Source: a virus
IMG/VR virus record: IMGVR_UViG_3300025585_000026
Reading direction: 5' to 3' (one strand)
Length of the DNA: 32,802 bases
Below are positions 31,537-32,802 of the stretch, in pieces (the first letter of the stretch is position 1; every line of letters starts with the position of its first letter). The position numbers and the translations under genes were made by a program. Below the pieces are notes generated by a model. It was not told where the DNA came from and ran no database searches. It was given only the letters and a program-made list of their open reading frames with translations.

Positions 31537-32802
31537 TTAGTCCATTTCCATACCTAAAACATTGCCTGTATTATCAGTTATAAGTTTCCCTACACGTTTT
31601 TCTGGTTCCTCTGTAATCTCAATACCAACTGGATTACCTAAATCATCGGTAATGATGGTGCCTCGCTTCTTCTTCTTTTGTTGTTGCTGTGGTGCAATTT
31701 GTGTCAATGAAGAATTTTGCGCAACATTCTTTATGTTGTCCATTGTCATACGGATTTGCTCAAGTTGCTGCTCCTGCTGTAGTCGTCGCTCCTCCATGAG
31801 CTTTTCTTGTTGAGCAAGTCGGAATTGTGTCTGTTGTGCTTCCAACTTCTGAACTTCAAGCAATCCTTGCAGCCTATTATTCTCTGCTGTTATTTCATTC
31901 TTTATGCCATCGTTCTGATTCATAGCTTGAACTTTAAGCATATCAACCTGAACCGAATTGGCTTTTATCTGCAACTCTTGTTGCTTCAACGCCAACTCTT
32001 GTTCTGCTACATACTGCTCAAGTTGAGCTTTCTGTAGCTGGATATTGCCAGCAAGTTGCTCACGTTGCATCTTCATCTGCTGCTCTTGTGCCGCAAGTAT
32101 ATTGCGCTCATGACCATCCTGAGCTTGAATCTGAGTTGCTTGGATTCGTGCCTGAGCTTCCATTTGAGCAATCTGCATACGAGCTTGCATTTCCTGCATG
32201 ACAGGGTCTGGAGGAGGTGGTTGTTTAGCTGCCTCCTCTTTAGCCTTAGCAATCTCACCAATCTGGTTAAGTGCTTTGGTGAAGATACCATCAAGTTCTT
32301 TGCCAGACTTGAATCGCTTGATTACGTTCTGGAATAACTCAATGCTGAATCCGAGAAGTGGTGGATACTGCTCAATAAGTGACCGCATTTGGTTGAAGAA
32401 CTCACCAGCGGTAGACATGAGTTGTGCTCCTTCCTGCTGCTCTTGAGCTTGGTCAATCGCAACCATCGAGTCAGAAGCAATCTTGATTCTGTAGTTTATC
32501 TTGTCATCATCTCGTAAGAATCCAAGGATTTGGTCTTTAACCATAGCAATCTGCTGCTCTGGCGTTGGACCCATTGGCATAGGTGGAGGAGGTGGCATCA
32601 TCTCCATGCCTGGCTCACTTGGTGGCATACCCTCTTGCCCCATCTCTGGCATCGGAGGAGGTGGAGGAAGTTCAGGCATTGGCGGTAATACAGCCTCAAT
32701 CATCCTATCAGCATCGCCAACATCGAAGATTGTCTCTGGATCAAACTGCTCGCAGATAATGGTTCCAAGTTTAGCGATAGCATCAGATATGAACTTGCAG
32801 AA
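31537..32802 (-). CDS. portal protein, C-terminal part (32676-32802 duplicates nt 1-127)
   Basis: The frame is open to the window end. The track start M at 32703 is an internal Met of the wrapped gene. Contains a Pro/Met-rich insert, a ~200-aa Gln-rich coiled coil and a duplicated C-terminal motif. Confidence 0.75.
   Translation of the reverse strand, partial: FCKFISDAIAKLGTIICEQFDPETIFDVGDADRMIEAVLPPMPELPPPPPMPEMGQEGMPPSEPGMEMMPPPPPMPMGPTPEQQIAMVKDQILGFLRDDDKINYRIKIASDSMVAIDQAQEQQEGAQLMSTAGEFFNQMRSLIEQYPPLLGFSIELFQNVIKRFKSGKELDGIFTKALNQIGEIAKAKEEAAKQPPPPDPVMQEMQARMQIAQMEAQARIQATQIQAQDGHERNILAAQEQQMKMQREQLAGNIQLQKAQLEQYVAEQELALKQQELQIKANSVQVDMLKVQAMNQNDGIKNEITAENNRLQGLLEVQKLEAQQTQFRLAQQEKLMEERRLQQEQQLEQIRMTMDNIKNVAQNSSLTQIAPQQQQKKKKRGTIITDDLGNPVGIEITEEPEKRVGKLITDNTGNVLGMEMD
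32676..32802. repeat. terminal direct repeat copy 2 (duplicate of nt 1-127)
   Basis: Identical to nt 1-127. True unit length is therefore 32,675 bp. Confidence 0.9.

Noticed and set aside
1-32802. Stop-codon reassignment or an alternative genetic code
   Set aside because: Long uninterrupted ORFs with recognisable motifs cover almost the whole genome under the standard code. No gene appears broken by in-frame TAG, TGA or TAA.

Overview
The window is one complete, circularly closed dsDNA phage genome. The first 127 nt are identical to the last 127 nt, which is a contig-closure overlap, so the unit length is 32,675 bp. The portal gene runs across the junction. About 55 tightly packed genes use the standard code with GGAG(A) Shine-Dalgarno sites, and they form two blocks.

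(1) Plus-strand early/DNA-metabolism block, about 4.9-12.0 kb. It holds small orphan genes, an envelope-targeted cassette, an Erf recombinase, tRNA-Asn, a small protein ending in the SSB tip EDDIPF, a PD-(D/E)XK-like nuclease and a VRR-NUC nuclease. A two-gene minus-strand cassette is embedded in this block, encoding an excisionase-type HTH protein and a winged-helix protein. The winged-helix gene contains an iteron array and looks like the replication origin.

(2) Minus-strand late block, running from 4.0 kb down through the junction to 12.0 kb. In order it encodes terS, two zinc-ribbon mini-proteins, terL, portal, a five-gene insert with a LamG/tandem-repeat protein, scaffold, major capsid protein, a terminator, small virion proteins, a second LamG protein, low-complexity internal proteins, an SLT-domain internal virion protein, a tail fibre with an S74 chaperone domain, and an unusual lysis cassette.

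I found no tape measure, sheath, tail tube, DNA polymerase, helicase, primase, integrase or partition genes. This fits a short-tailed phage that depends on the host replisome. All functional calls come from motif recognition by eye, with no database search. I saw no single obviously new multi-gene system. The most interesting items are the in-gene origin, an identical 17-nt translation-initiation cassette on four early genes, a 19-nt box at fixed spacing upstream of two promoters, the SSB-tip mini-protein, a 16-cysteine secreted protein in the lysis cassette, and the paralogous LamG proteins.
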